A DNA stretch of 64,000 nucleotides from Alphaproteobacteria bacterium (lineage in GTDB: Bacteria > Pseudomonadota > Alphaproteobacteria > Rhodobacterales > Rhodobacteraceae). Shown piece by piece: positions 50,740 to 61,088 of the stretch. A program made the position numbers and the translations under genes. The stretch spans positions 708 to 64,707 of the forward strand of contig JAUILL010000019.1 in the NCBI GenBank assembly GCA_030433335.1. The letters are read 5' to 3'. The notes under the pieces are model-generated. The model was not told where the DNA came from. It did no database searches and worked only from the letters and a program-made list of their open reading frames with translations. How positions within the stretch are numbered: the first letter of the stretch is position 1; every line of letters begins with the position of its first letter.

Positions 50740-51690
50740 GTGGCCAAACAGAACGGTAACGCGGACTCCGAGATGTCCTTGTCGCTGCGGGCGGCGTGGC
50801 TGCATTACGCGGGCGGCCTGACCCAAGCGGCTGTGGCCAAGCGCCTTGGCGTGCCCTCAGTGAAAGCCCACCGTCTGATTGCGCGCGCGGTGGCCGAAGG
50901 CGCGGTGAAGGTCACCGTCGAGGGCGATATCGTCGAATGCGTTGACCTCGAAATGCAGCTGTCCGAGCGCTTTGGTCTGGAGTTTTGCGAAGTTGCCCCT
51001 GACATCGGCGAAGAAGGGCTTCCCCTGCGGGCCCTTGGGCTGGCAGGGGCCAGCTACCTGCGGCGCGAATTGGAGCATGGCGATCACGCGGTGATCGGGC
51101 TGGCCCACGGGCGGACCTTGGCGGCGAGCGTGCAGCAACTGCCGCGCATGGACGGACTAAAGCAGCGGTTTGTGTCGTTGCTGGGGGGCTTGGCGCGGAA
51201 CTTCTCGGCCAACCCGCACGAAGTCATGCACAAGCTGGCGGAGAAAACAGGCGCGCAAGCGTTCATGATGCCGGTGCCTTTCTTTGCCAATACGGTCGAG
51301 GACCGCGAGGTCATGCTGCACCAGAAGGGTGTGGGTGAAGTGTTCGACATGGCGAACAACGCAGATCTAAAGATCGTAGGGATCGGGACGGTGGAGCCTG
51401 ATGCTCAGTTGGTGCATTCGGGCATGATCGAGCACGAAGAGATCGAAGAGATCAAAGCAGCTGGCGGGCGCGGTGAAATGCTTGGGCATTTCTTTGATGC
51501 GAGCGGCGCTGTGATGGAGACGACCCTGACGGCGCGGACTCTTGGGGCCTGCATGGCCGAGGGTGACGAAATCGTCGCGATCGCCGGGGGTGAAAGCAAA
51601 GTCACCGCCATTCACGCAGTGCTCTGCAGTGGCAAGCTGAAGGGCTTGATCACGGATGAGCTGACAGCAATGGCGCTGCTCAAGATCTGA
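50740..51690 (+). CDS. eryD: SorC/DeoR-family erythritol repressor
   Basis: RAAWLHYAGGLTQAAVAKRLGVPSVKAHRLI, GRTL, SLLGGL..NFSANPH, PVPFFAN, GLITDE. Confidence 0.9.
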   Translation: MAKQNGNADSEMSLSLRAAWLHYAGGLTQAAVAKRLGVPSVKAHRLIARAVAEGAVKVTVEGDIVECVDLEMQLSERFGLEFCEVAPDIGEEGLPLRALGLAGASYLRRELEHGDHAVIGLAHGRTLAASVQQLPRMDGLKQRFVSLLGGLARNFSANPHEVMHKLAEKTGAQAFMMPVPFFANTVEDREVMLHQKGVGEVFDMANNADLKIVGIGTVEPDAQLVHSGMIEHEEIEEIKAAGGRGEMLGHFFDASGAVMETTLTARTLGACMAEGDEIVAIAGGESKVTAIHAVLCSGKLKGLITDELTAMALLKI

Positions 51691-51715
51691 GCTCAACCGA
51701 CATCGCTACCAAAAG

Positions 51716-51740
51716 GAAAAGCGGCCCGAGGGCCGCTTTG
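51716..51740. terminator. Bidirectional terminator between eryD and tal
   Basis: AAAGCGGCCC-GA-GGGCCGCTTT. Confidence 0.75.
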
Positions 51741-51764
51741 CTGTATTCTGATTGTCGCCTGTGA

Positions 51765-52418
51765 TTACAGGATCGACTGACCGGTTGCGGCCCAATCCTT
51801 GGCGAACTGCTCCAGACCTTTGTCGGTCAGAACGTGCTTGGCCAGACCCTTGATCACGGCAGGGGGGATGGTCGCAACGTCTGCGCCAACCAGAGCCGCG
51901 TCTTTGACGTGGTTGGGGGTGCGGATCGACGCGGCCAGAATCTCGGTCTCGAAGCCGTAGTTGTCGTAGATGTCACGGATTTCCGAGATAAGCTCCATGC
52001 CGTCGATGTTGATGTCATCGAGACGACCGATGAAGGGGCTGATGTAGGTCGCGCCCGCTTTGGCGGCCAGCAGAGCCTGGTTCGCGCTGAAGCACAGGGT
52101 CACGTTGGTCTTGATGCCCTTTTGCGAGAAGTAGCGGCATGCCTTCAGGCCGTCGAGGGTCAGCGGAAGCTTGATCACGACGTTGTCGGCGATCTGGGCC
52201 AGGTGGTCACCTTCGGCAACCATGCCGTCGTAGTCCATGGCTGCGACTTCAGCGGATACGGGGCCTTCGACCAGCGCGCAGATTTCCGCGATCACTTCTT
52301 TGAAGTCACGGCCCGACTTGGCGATCAGGCTGGGGTTGGTGGTCACACCGTCCAGCAGACCGTAGTCGTTCAGTTCTTTGATGTCCTCGACAACAGCGGT
52401 ATCGACGAAGAATTTCAT
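51765..52418 (-). CDS. tal: Transaldolase (short, FSA/TalC-type fold)
   Basis: [21 protein letters not shown] (Glu) and SPFIGR (Phe) indicate a true transaldolase rather than FSA (Gln/Tyr). Confidence 0.9.
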   Translation of the reverse strand: MKFFVDTAVVEDIKELNDYGLLDGVTTNPSLIAKSGRDFKEVIAEICALVEGPVSAEVAAMDYDGMVAEGDHLAQIADNVVIKLPLTLDGLKACRYFSQKGIKTNVTLCFSANQALLAAKAGATYISPFIGRLDDINIDGMELISEIRDIYDNYGFETEILAASIRTPNHVKDAALVGADVATIPPAVIKGLAKHVLTDKGLEQFAKDWAATGQSIL

Positions 52419-52432
52419 GGGGTCTCTCCTGA

Positions 52433-54448
52433 TTAGGCCATCAGTGCTTTTGCACGTGCGATGATCGCCTCTTTGGTAATTCCGAATTGTTCATACAGCT
52501 CCTCTGCCGGAGCCGACGCGCCGAAGCTGGTCATGCCGATCACATCGTCTTCGCTGGCCACATAGCGGGTCCATCCGAACTTGCCAGCGGCCTCGACTGC
52601 GATGCGTGGAGCACTGCCCAGAGTCGCGGCCTTATAATCATCATCTTGGGCTTCGAACAACTCCCAGCTTGGCATCGACACGACAGCGACGGATTTACCA
52701 TCTGCGTGCAGAGCCTCTGCAGCCTCGACCGCGAGCGATACTTCGGTGCCAGTTGCGAGCAGGGTGATGTCACGGCCCTCGCCAAACTGACGGATGACGT
52801 AGGCGCCTTTTTCCGACAGGTTTTCGCCGGTTTCCTCTAGGCGCAGTTGCGGCACGCCCTGACGGGACAGGGCCAGCAGCGACGGAGTTTTCGCGCTGCG
52901 CATGGCGATGTCCCAGCATTCCAGCGTCTCGACCACATCGGCGGGGCGGAAGCTGTAGAGGTTGGGCATGGCGCGAAGTGAAGCCATGTGCTCGACCGGC
53001 TGGTGGGTCGGGCCGTCTTCGCCAAGGCCGATCGAGTCGTGTGTCATCACGTAGACGGTCGGAATCTCCATCAGGGCGGACAGGCGGATTGCGTTGCGGA
53101 CATAATCCGAGAACACCATGAAGGTGCCGCCATAGGGGCGCAGACCGCCGTGGACCAGCATGCCGTTCATGGCCGCGCCCATCGCGAATTCACGCACGCC
53201 GTAGCCGACATAGCGGCCCGATTGCGCTGCGGTGAATTGGCTGTCCACAGCCGGAACGCGGGTCAGATTCGAGCCAGTCAGGTCCGCCGAGCCGCCGATC
53301 ATTTCGGGCAGGACGGGGGTGATGGCTTCTAGTGCGATCTGGCTGGCCTTGCGGGTCGCGACCTTTTGGGGGTTCGCGAACAGGGAGGCGCGGGCCTTGG
53401 AGATGGTGGTCTTATAGGCGTCGGGCAGCTGGCCGGTCAGGCGGCGGCTGAACTCGGTGCGGGTCGCGGTGTCTTTGGTGGCAAGGCGGGCTTCCCACGC
53501 CTGACGGGCCTCGGCGCCGCGGGTGCCGATAGCGCGCCACTGGTCCAGCAGGGTCGCGGGGATTTCAAAGGGCGCATGGTCCCAACCCAAGGCCGCTTTG
53601 GTCGCCGCAGCCTCGTCCGCGCCAAGGGGCGAGCCGTGCGAGCTGGCCGTGCCTGCCTTTTTCGGGGAGCCGAAGCCGATCACGGTTTTCATCGCGATCA
53701 GGCTGGGTTTCGCGGTTTCCGCTTTGGCGGCGGTCAGGGCCGCGTCCAGCTCTGCGGGGTTGTGGCCGTCGCAGGACTGAACGTGCCAACCACAAGCGGC
53801 TAGACGGGCAGGGATGTCCTCGCTGAACGACACAGAGGTCGGGCCGTCGATGGTGATCTCGTTGTCATCGTACAGCACGATCAGCTTGCCGAGGCCAAGG
53901 TGACCGGCTAGCGAAATCGCCTCTTGGCCGATGCCTTCTTGCAGGCAGCCGTCACCAAGGAAAACGTAGGTGTGGTGATCGACCACATCGCTGCCGAATT
54001 CGTCGGCCAGACGGCGCTCTGCCATGGCCATGCCGACGGCGTTCGCGATGCCTTGGCCAAGGGGGCCGGTGGTGGTTTCGATCCCTTTGGCATGGCCGTA
54101 TTCGGGGTGGCCTGCGGTGATCGCGCCCTTTTGGCGGAAGTTCTTGATCTGCTCCAGCGTCATGTCCGCATAGCCTGTCAGGTGCAGCAGCGAATAGAGC
54201 AGCATCGACGCGTGGCCGTTCGACAGCACAACGCGGTCACGGTCGGGCCAGTCGGGGTTGGTTGCATCGAATTTCAGGTGATTCTTGAACAGCACGGTGG
54301 CTGCATCGGCCATGCCCATGGGCGCGCCGGGGTGGCCGGAGTTCGCAGCCTCGACCGCGTCGATCGACAGGGCGCGAATGCAGTTGGCCAGAGCAAAGGT
54401 TTCGGGATCAATCGCAGCCTTGTCGGCCACCAGAACGTCTTTGGGCAT
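52433..54448 (-). CDS. tkt: Transketolase
   Basis: [56 protein letters not shown]. Confidence 0.97.
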   Translation of the reverse strand: MPKDVLVADKAAIDPETFALANCIRALSIDAVEAANSGHPGAPMGMADAATVLFKNHLKFDATNPDWPDRDRVVLSNGHASMLLYSLLHLTGYADMTLEQIKNFRQKGAITAGHPEYGHAKGIETTTGPLGQGIANAVGMAMAERRLADEFGSDVVDHHTYVFLGDGCLQEGIGQEAISLAGHLGLGKLIVLYDDNEITIDGPTSVSFSEDIPARLAACGWHVQSCDGHNPAELDAALTAAKAETAKPSLIAMKTVIGFGSPKKAGTASSHGSPLGADEAAATKAALGWDHAPFEIPATLLDQWRAIGTRGAEARQAWEARLATKDTATRTEFSRRLTGQLPDAYKTTISKARASLFANPQKVATRKASQIALEAITPVLPEMIGGSADLTGSNLTRVPAVDSQFTAAQSGRYVGYGVREFAMGAAMNGMLVHGGLRPYGGTFMVFSDYVRNAIRLSALMEIPTVYVMTHDSIGLGEDGPTHQPVEHMASLRAMPNLYSFRPADVVETLECWDIAMRSAKTPSLLALSRQGVPQLRLEETGENLSEKGAYVIRQFGEGRDITLLATGTEVSLAVEAAEALHADGKSVAVVSMPSWELFEAQDDDYKAATLGSAPRIAVEAAGKFGWTRYVASEDDVIGMTSFGASAPAEELYEQFGITKEAIIARAKALMA

Positions 54449-54499
54449 CACAGTCCTCCTTCGTTGGGGGTGTGTTAGCGCTCAAACTGACTCGTAACA

Positions 54500-54553
54500 A
54501 GAAAAAATCACAAAATCACAAAAATTGTGTTGATCATGTTATGTTTGATGTTA
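54500..54553. promoter_or_regulatory. Tandem-repeat operator region (DeoR-type)
   Basis: AAAATCAC-AAAATCAC-AAAAATTGTG plus repeated TGTT between divergent tkt and the DeoR gene. Confidence 0.45.
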
Positions 54554-54617
54554 CGACTGCATTGACCGTTTCGCTGGGGTATTTGAAGCCAAAGTGAAGC
54601 AGACAAAGGTTTGGAAG

Positions 54618-55379
54618 ATGAAACGCGACGAGCGCCAACAAGCGATCATGGACCTGCTGGTCGAGCAGGGATCGGTGGATCTGGAAGATCTGGCGCAGCG
54701 GTTTGTTGTCTCGAAAATGACCATCCACCGTGATCTGGATGAGCTGGAACAGGCGGGCGTTCTGCGGAAAATCCGTGGTGGCGCCACGACCGAAGCCGGC
54801 ACCCAGTTCGAATCCGACTTCCGATTCCGCGAGCGGCGCAGTGGTGCGGCCAAGGACCGGATGACCGATGAGGCGTTGAAGCTGGTCGAACCTGGCATGA
54901 CTGTGATGGTCAACGATGGTTCGACTGCGGCTGTGTTGGGGCGGCGTCTGGTGGAAAAGCGCCCGCTGACCGTGATCACCAACAACGCCGCGATCATGGA
55001 TGCGCTGAAGGATGAAAGCGGGATCACGCTGATTGCCTTGGGCGGGACCTATTCCGCGAAGTTTAACGCCTATTTCGGAGTTGTCACCGAAGATGCTCTG
55101 GAACGTTTGCGGGCGGATATTGCCTTTATCTCTGTACCTGCTGTGGCGGGGATGGAGGCGTTCCATATGGATGACGAGGTGGTGCGCGCCAAGCGCGCGA
55201 TGCAAGCCTCGGCGCGGCAGAGCTGCCTTTTGATCAACCATACCCGTTTCGAACGCACCGCGCTGCACAAGCTGTGCGACCTGACCGATTACACCGCGAT
55301 TATCACCGACGACACACCTCCGCAGGCCGCGCTCGACGCGATGGCGACAGGCGGGGTGGACCTGATCGTTGCTAACTAA
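54618..55379 (+). CDS. DeoR/GlpR-family regulator (EryR-like)
   Basis: ERQQAI, VSKMTIHRDLDELE, GGA, DGST, VITN. Confidence 0.9.
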   Translation: MKRDERQQAIMDLLVEQGSVDLEDLAQRFVVSKMTIHRDLDELEQAGVLRKIRGGATTEAGTQFESDFRFRERRSGAAKDRMTDEALKLVEPGMTVMVNDGSTAAVLGRRLVEKRPLTVITNNAAIMDALKDESGITLIALGGTYSAKFNAYFGVVTEDALERLRADIAFISVPAVAGMEAFHMDDEVVRAKRAMQASARQSCLLINHTRFERTALHKLCDLTDYTAIITDDTPPQAALDAMATGGVDLIVAN

Positions 55380-55392
55380 AGGACCCGAGGAC

Positions 55393-56157
55393 ATGACCGC
55401 CCCATTCTGGATCGGAACCAGCTGGAAGATGAACAAGACGCTCGCCGAAGCGATGGTCTTTGCCGAGGCTCTGGCCGCTACAGATGGCGGGCGCGACGAG
55501 CGCATTCAGCGCTTTGTGATCCCGTCGTTCACCAATGTCCGTCAGGTCAAAGACGTGCTGGCAGACACTTCGGTCAAGGTGGGCGCGCAGAACATGCACT
55601 GGGCCGATCAGGGAGCGTGGACCGGCGAAGTGTCGCCCTTGATGCTCAAGGACTGTAACCTCGACATCGTCGAACTGGGTCATTCCGAGCGCCGCGAGCA
55701 TTTCGGCGAAACCGACGAAACCGTTGGTCTGAAGACCGAAGCGGCTGTGCGTCATGGCCTGATCCCGCTGATCTGCATCGGGGAAACCCTGCCCGAACGC
55801 GAAGCAGGCCGGGCCGCTGAAGTGCTGGAAGCGCAGGTTCGCGGTGCCTTGGGTAAGCTGTCGGACGAGCAGAAGCAAGCACCGATCCTGCTGGCCTATG
55901 AACCCGTCTGGGCCATCGGCGAGAACGGCATCCCGGCGACCTCGGACTATGCGGATGATCGTCAGGCCGAAATCATTGCCGTCGCGCAGGACGTTCTGGG
56001 CCGCCGCATCCCTTGCCTTTATGGTGGGTCGGTGAACCCCGGCAATTGCGAAGAACTCATCACTTGCCCGCATATCGACGGGCTGTTTATCGGCCGCAGC
56101 GCGTGGAACGTCGAAGGGTACCTCGACATCCTTGCGAAATGCGCGGCCAAGATTTGA
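55393..56157 (+). CDS. eryH: TpiA2/TpiB-type tetrulose-phosphate isomerase (Brucella EryH-like)
   Basis: [11 protein letters not shown] (TpiA2 signature), [31 protein letters not shown]. Confidence 0.85.
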   Translation: MTAPFWIGTSWKMNKTLAEAMVFAEALAATDGGRDERIQRFVIPSFTNVRQVKDVLADTSVKVGAQNMHWADQGAWTGEVSPLMLKDCNLDIVELGHSERREHFGETDETVGLKTEAAVRHGLIPLICIGETLPEREAGRAAEVLEAQVRGALGKLSDEQKQAPILLAYEPVWAIGENGIPATSDYADDRQAEIIAVAQDVLGRRIPCLYGGSVNPGNCEELITCPHIDGLFIGRSAWNVEGYLDILAKCAAKI

Positions 56158-56176
56158 TCCCAGAGGAGAGATCCAC

Positions 56177-56629
56177 ATGAAAGTTGCAGTAGCAGGCGAT
56201 AGCGCGGGCGAAGGTCTGGCCAAAGTTCTGGCCGATTACCTTGGCGACACATACGAAGTGTCCGAGGTTTCGCGCACCGACGAAGGCCCCGATGCCTTCT
56301 ATGCGAACCTGTCGGACCGCGTGGCCAACGGCGTTCTGGATGGCACCTATGACCGTGCGATCCTGTGCTGTGGCACCGGCATCGGTGTCTGTCTGTCGGC
56401 GAACAAAGTGCCCGGCATCCGCGCCGCGCAGACCCACGACACCTACTCGGCCGAGCGCGCAGCCCTGTCGAACAACGCGCAGATCATCACCATGGGTGCG
56501 CGCGTGATCGGGTCGGAATTGGCCAAGGCGATTGCCGACGCGTTCCTATCCAACAGCTTTGATGAAAACGGCCGTTCGGCCAGCAACGTCAACGCGATCA
56601 ATGATCTGGACGTGAAATACCGCAAGTAA
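56177..56629 (+). CDS. eryI: RpiB-family erythrulose-4-phosphate isomerase (EryI/DerI-like)
   Basis: [47 protein letters not shown]. Confidence 0.85.
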   Translation: MKVAVAGDSAGEGLAKVLADYLGDTYEVSEVSRTDEGPDAFYANLSDRVANGVLDGTYDRAILCCGTGIGVCLSANKVPGIRAAQTHDTYSAERAALSNNAQIITMGARVIGSELAKAIADAFLSNSFDENGRSASNVNAINDLDVKYRK

Positions 56630-56650
56630 CTCCCAAGGCTTGCGGACGTC

Positions 56651-56694
56651 AGAGCGCGGCATCTTCCCAACGGATGCCGCGCTCTTTTTCTTTT
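56651..56694 (+). terminator. Intrinsic terminator after eryI
   Basis: AGAGCGCGGCATC/GATGCCGCGCTCT followed by TTTTCTTTT. Confidence 0.75.
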
Positions 56695-56736
56695 GTGCGG
56701 GCAGTGCAGGGGCTAGGCTGCATGCAGGAGGCGGCC

Positions 56737-57168
56737 ATGTCCGAACAGCCTAAACTTCTGAGCGGGGGAAACCCGCAGATTGCCAAAGGGGACGGCCCCG
56801 AGGTGGTCGCCGCCTATCTGGAAGCCGTGCCGGAATGGAAGAACCCCTTGGTACGCCAATTGGATGCGCTGATCGTAGATGAGGTGCCAGAGGTGCAGAA
56901 GGCGGTGCGCTGGAACCAGCCCTTCTATGGCATGGACGGGGTGACGTGGTTCGCCAGCTTTCACTGCCTGACGCGCTATATCAAGGTCGCGTTTCACAAC
57001 GGTGCCGCGCTGGACCCGATGCCGCCCGAAGGGTCAAAGCATCCCAAAGTGCGCTACTACCATGTGTTCGAAAAAAGCGGATTTGATGAAGCTCAGCTCC
57101 GCGTTTGGGTCCGGCAGGCCAGCCGTTCCGATGGCGCGCCGTTGTTCCGCGTCGGGGCGGGGAAGTAG
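56737..57168 (+). CDS. DUF1801 (YdhG-like) protein
   Basis: PKLLSGGNPQIAKGDG, KAVRWNQPFYG, YIKVAF..GAALDPMPP. Confidence 0.8.
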   Translation: MSEQPKLLSGGNPQIAKGDGPEVVAAYLEAVPEWKNPLVRQLDALIVDEVPEVQKAVRWNQPFYGMDGVTWFASFHCLTRYIKVAFHNGAALDPMPPEGSKHPKVRYYHVFEKSGFDEAQLRVWVRQASRSDGAPLFRVGAGK

Positions 57169-57199
57169 CGCGGCCCGCGTTCAGGCCGCGCCGATGTGA

Positions 57200-58177
57200 T
57201 TACTTCTCGGCGTCCATGCAGCGCAGGTAGGCCTCGACCTCTTCTTTGGCGCCGAAAATCAGGGCCGAATGCTCGTGACCGTCAGTCGCGACTTTGTCGA
57301 GGATCGGCTGGTGGCCATCGGTGGCCAGACCGCCTGCTGCCTTCATCAGATAGGCCATTGGCATCGCTTCGTAGACCAGACGCAGGCGGCCGTTTTCATA
57401 GCCCTCGCGGCGGTCACCAGGATATAGGAACATGCCCCCCTGCAGAAGGATGCGGTGCAGGTCGCCAACTGCGGCTGCAGGCCAGCGCATGTTGTAGTTC
57501 TTGCCGCGCGGGCCGTCTTTGCCTGCCAGAATCTCGTCGATATAGGCGGTCATGCCCGCGCCCCAGTGGCGGGCGTTCGAAGCATTATACGCGATGACCT
57601 TGGTGTCTTCGGGCAGTTGCAGGTTTTCGACCGTGACGCGTAGCATGTCGCTGGCGCGGTCGTAGACGGCGATGGTCACGCCTTCGTCCATGGCAAAGCC
57701 GAAGTCCATCGAGTGGCCGAAGGATGCGTAACCCGCAGCAACGATGGAATGACCGTCCTGCAAGAAACCCTTGTCCGAGGCCGGTACGATCGAAAACAGC
57801 ATGCCAAGGATCGCGCCGACTCCGATGCTACCAGAGCCGTCGATGGGGTCGATGGCGACGTCGTAAGCGCCGTCCTCGTTCAGGGTCAGAACCTCTTCGG
57901 ATTCTTCGGACAGCATCAGGCGCACGCCTGCCGCTTTCAGGACATCAACCATGTAGACGTGGGTGCCTAAATCCAGCGACTTCTGCTTGTCGCCGCTCTC
58001 GTTCACGCCAACGATTGCCGCCGGATCACCGTAGAGGGCACCTGCCGCCAGACGGTCGGCGATGGGCATCAGCGAATCCGCGATGGCTTTGATGATTTTG
58101 GCGGGACCGCCGCGCGAGGCCAGATAATCGTCCAGCGGCTGAGCGGTGCAAGCGGTGTGGTTGGTTAATTCCAGCAT
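57200..58177 (-). CDS. fbp: Class 1 fructose-1,6-bisphosphatase (divergent)
   Basis: NESGDKQKSLD, SEE, IDPIDGS, NASNARHW, YNMRW, GRLRLVYEAMP. Confidence 0.88.
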   Translation of the reverse strand: MLELTNHTACTAQPLDDYLASRGGPAKIIKAIADSLMPIADRLAAGALYGDPAAIVGVNESGDKQKSLDLGTHVYMVDVLKAAGVRLMLSEESEEVLTLNEDGAYDVAIDPIDGSGSIGVGAILGMLFSIVPASDKGFLQDGHSIVAAGYASFGHSMDFGFAMDEGVTIAVYDRASDMLRVTVENLQLPEDTKVIAYNASNARHWGAGMTAYIDEILAGKDGPRGKNYNMRWPAAAVGDLHRILLQGGMFLYPGDRREGYENGRLRLVYEAMPMAYLMKAAGGLATDGHQPILDKVATDGHEHSALIFGAKEEVEAYLRCMDAEK

Positions 58178-58361
58178 TCGTAACCCTTCGTGAAATGACT
58201 TGAGGGGCCACGTGGCTGTGCCCCGAACATCGGTGTGACACTAGCCATAGATCGGGGATGCAACAACTCTGCAATCGAGAAAAGCTGTTGCACCGCGTCT
58301 GTTTAGCGCAACCATCACAATGGGCGCATGTGGCGGGCCGAGGATCAGCCCGCCAGCAGGA

Positions 58362-59201
58362 TCAAAAGCCGATGGATTTAAAGTCGTCGGCGCTGTGACG
58401 TTCAGCCAGTTGGCCTTCGCCGGTGCGGTTTACCACGTTGCCGCGCTGGACGGCAGGACGGGCGGCCAGATCAGCGGCCCAACGCAGGACGTTTTCGTAT
58501 TCGGCGACGTTCAGGAACTCGGCCGAGCCAGTATAAAGGCGCCCTTCGACCAGACCGCCGTACCACGGGTAGATCGCCATATCCGCGATCGAATAATCAT
58601 CGCCTGCCACGAATTTGCGGTCCGCCAGATTGGTGTCCAGAACGTGCAGCTGGCGCTTGGTCTCCATGGTGAAACGGTCGATGGCGTACTGAATTTTCTC
58701 GGGTGCGTAGGCAAAGAAATGGCCGAAACCACCGCCTACGTAGGGGCCTGCGCCCATCTGCCAGAACAGCCAGTTGAACACTTCCGCGCGGGCGCCAGCT
58801 TCGGTGGGCAAGAAGGCTCCAAATTTCTCGGCCAGATAGGTCAGGATCGAGCCACTCTCGAACACGCGCTGGCCGTTCGAGCGGTCCATCAGCGCGGGGA
58901 TTTTCGAGTTGGGGTTGATGTCGACAAAGCCGCTGCCGAACTGGTCGCCGTCCCCGATCTTGATCAGCCATGCGTCATAATCGGCCTCGGAATGACCGGC
59001 CTCAAGCAGCTCTTCGAGCATGATCGTGACCTTTTGCCCGTTGGGCGTGCCCATCGAGTACAGCTGCAGGCCGTGCTCGCCCACGGGCAGCTCGACCTCT
59101 TTGGTCGCGCCCGAGATGGGACGGTTGATGTTGGCGAACTGACCGCCATTGCCAGGTTCCCAAGTCCAGACGGCGGGGGGCGTGTAGGGGGTATCGGTCA
59201 T
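58362..59201 (-). CDS. yghU: Glutathione-dependent disulfide-bond oxidoreductase (GST nu class)
   Basis: YTPPAVWTW, NINRPISGAT, YSMGTPNGQKV, NPNSKIPAL, GGGFGHFFAYAP. Confidence 0.93.
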   Translation of the reverse strand: MTDTPYTPPAVWTWEPGNGGQFANINRPISGATKEVELPVGEHGLQLYSMGTPNGQKVTIMLEELLEAGHSEADYDAWLIKIGDGDQFGSGFVDINPNSKIPALMDRSNGQRVFESGSILTYLAEKFGAFLPTEAGARAEVFNWLFWQMGAGPYVGGGFGHFFAYAPEKIQYAIDRFTMETKRQLHVLDTNLADRKFVAGDDYSIADMAIYPWYGGLVEGRLYTGSAEFLNVAEYENVLRWAADLAARPAVQRGNVVNRTGEGQLAERHSADDFKSIGF

Positions 59202-59449
59202 ACTCAATCCTCTTGTTCAAACGCGTTAGCGGCAACTTAGGGGCGCGGACCGGAAAAGGGCAGGCCAAACTGCGAGGTTTTCTGTGAGAGGGGGCAGGGG
59301 CGATGTGCATCTGCCTGCCGCCTAGGCGTGCATCTTGTCTGATGAGTCGGAACGTAAATTGGAGAAATGAAAACGCATGAAGCTCGATAGTTTCCTGATA
59401 TTTGGATAAACTACTGTTTTCACTCAATAACACCATTCTGTCATACGTA

Positions 59450-59484
59450 TTGACAACTTGTCCGACAATTTGTCATACAAGTTG
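59450..59484 (+). promoter_or_regulatory. -35 TTGACA overlapped by a double GntR/FadR-type operator
   Basis: TTGACA at 59450-59455; CAACTTGTCCGACAA-T-TTGTCATACAAGTTG contains two TTGTC-N2-ACAA boxes forming a 31-bp imperfect palindrome. Confidence 0.75.
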
Positions 59485-59521
59485 ACGTCGGGCGCAGGAG
59501 GTGCGCCGAAGGGAGGACACT

Positions 59522-60502
59522 ATGAACAAGATTTTGAAGATTGCTTCGGTATCGGTCGTGGCGCTGACCAGTGCGGTATCCATTGCGCAGGCGGCAGAGT
59601 GGCGCGGTTGGGCCATCCACCCCGAGGATTATCCGAACACCGTCGCGATGCAGTCGTTCGCGGACAAAGTTGCCGAAGTCACCGAGGGCCGCATCACCCC
59701 CACCGTCTACGCGAATGGCATTCTGGGCAGCCAGCCCGATGCGATCGAACAGGTGCGCGGCGGCGCACTGGCTTGGGCGAACTTCAACATGGGCCCGATG
59801 GGCGAGATTGTCCCCGCGACCAACGTCCTGTCGCTGCCCTTTATCTTCCGCGATGTCGAGCAGATGCACCACGCGATGGACGGTGAAGTCGGCCAGCAGT
59901 TCAGCGATGCGCTCAGCGAGGCGGGCATTGTTGCCCTGTCGTGGTTCGATAGTGGCTCGCGCAGCTTCTACAACACCAAGAAGCCGATCCACACCCCCGC
60001 CGATGTTGAGGGCATGAAGTTCCGCGTCATGAACAACGACCTCTATGTGCAGATGGTCGACCAGTTGGGTGGCAACGCGACCCCCATGGCCTATGGCGAG
60101 GTCTATCAGTCCCTGCAGACCGGCGTGATCGACGGTGCAGAAAACAACTATCCCTCGTACGAATCCTCGAACCACTACGAGGTCGCCAAGTACTACTCTA
60201 TCACCAACCACCTGATCCTGCCCGAGTGCCTGTGCGTGGCCGAGTCGGTTTGGTCTGACGTTTCGGACGAGGACAAAGCCGCGATCAAGGACGCCGCGAT
60301 GGAAGCGGCTCAGCTCCAGCGTCAGCTTTGGGCCGAGCGTGAAGCCAAGAGCCTCGAGGTTGTGACCGCAGCCGGTTCGATGGTGAACGAAGTGGACGAT
60401 CCCGCGGCCTTCCAAGCGGCGATGGAGCCGATCTACGCGGACTTTATCAGCGCGCATCCCGACCTCGAGCCGCTGATCAAGGACATTCAGGCGACTGAAT
60501 AA
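59522..60502 (+). CDS. dctP: TRAP substrate-binding protein (sugar-acid type)
   Basis: Signal peptide, HPEDYP, DSGSRSFY, KFRVM, GVIDGAENN. Confidence 0.92.
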   Translation: MNKILKIASVSVVALTSAVSIAQAAEWRGWAIHPEDYPNTVAMQSFADKVAEVTEGRITPTVYANGILGSQPDAIEQVRGGALAWANFNMGPMGEIVPATNVLSLPFIFRDVEQMHHAMDGEVGQQFSDALSEAGIVALSWFDSGSRSFYNTKKPIHTPADVEGMKFRVMNNDLYVQMVDQLGGNATPMAYGEVYQSLQTGVIDGAENNYPSYESSNHYEVAKYYSITNHLILPECLCVAESVWSDVSDEDKAAIKDAAMEAAQLQRQLWAEREAKSLEVVTAAGSMVNEVDDPAAFQAAMEPIYADFISAHPDLEPLIKDIQATE

Positions 60503-60566
60503 TCGCGTAACGGGCCGCATGTCCCCAATGCATGCGGCCCACTTTTGACTTTCGGGAAACACCATC

Positions 60567-61088
60567 TTGGAAAACGACATTGAACCTGTGGCGCGCGGTC
60601 CGGTTTACCGCGTCCTGAGCGCTCTGGCGCAGACCTGTCTGGTGATCGCGGGCGTGCAGCTGGTCACGCTGATCGCGATTTTCGGCTGGCTGGTCTGGGG
60701 CCGTTATGTGCTGAACGACACCCCCACGTGGGTAGAGCAGTTGGCTCTGCTGCTGGTGGTCTGGGTCACCTTTCTGGGGGCTGCGGCTGGCGTCTGGAAC
60801 AAGAGCCACCTGTCGATCGATTTCGTCCGCGAGATGATGCCCGACCCGCTGCGCATCCCCATGCGTTGGATCGCCGTGATCGCGGTCTGTGTGTTCGGCG
60901 GGTTCCTCGCGTGGCAAGGCTGGGTTCTGGCCGACAAGACATGGCCCCGCAACATCCCGATGCTCGGGATCGCCGAGGGCTGGCGCGCCATGCCCATGGC
61001 AATCTGCGGCGCACTGACGGTGGTGTTTTCCCTTTATCACTTGGGCGAGCTGGCCCGCGGTGAGTACAAACTGACAGGAGAGCTCTAG
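60567..61088 (+). CDS. dctQ: TRAP small permease
   Basis: GRYVLNDTPTWVEQ, HLSIDF. Confidence 0.9.
   Translation: MENDIEPVARGPVYRVLSALAQTCLVIAGVQLVTLIAIFGWLVWGRYVLNDTPTWVEQLALLLVVWVTFLGAAAGVWNKSHLSIDFVREMMPDPLRIPMRWIAVIAVCVFGGFLAWQGWVLADKTWPRNIPMLGIAEGWRAMPMAICGALTVVFSLYHLGELARGEYKLTGEL

Noticed and set aside
51765-52418. Fructose-6-phosphate aldolase (fsa) call
   Set aside because: Glu (SAEV) and Phe (SPFIGR) at the discriminating positions indicate a transaldolase.
52433-58177. Calvin-cycle (cbb) cluster suggested by tkt plus class 1 fbp
   Set aside because: No RuBisCO, phosphoribulokinase or CbbR; the context is erythritol catabolism.
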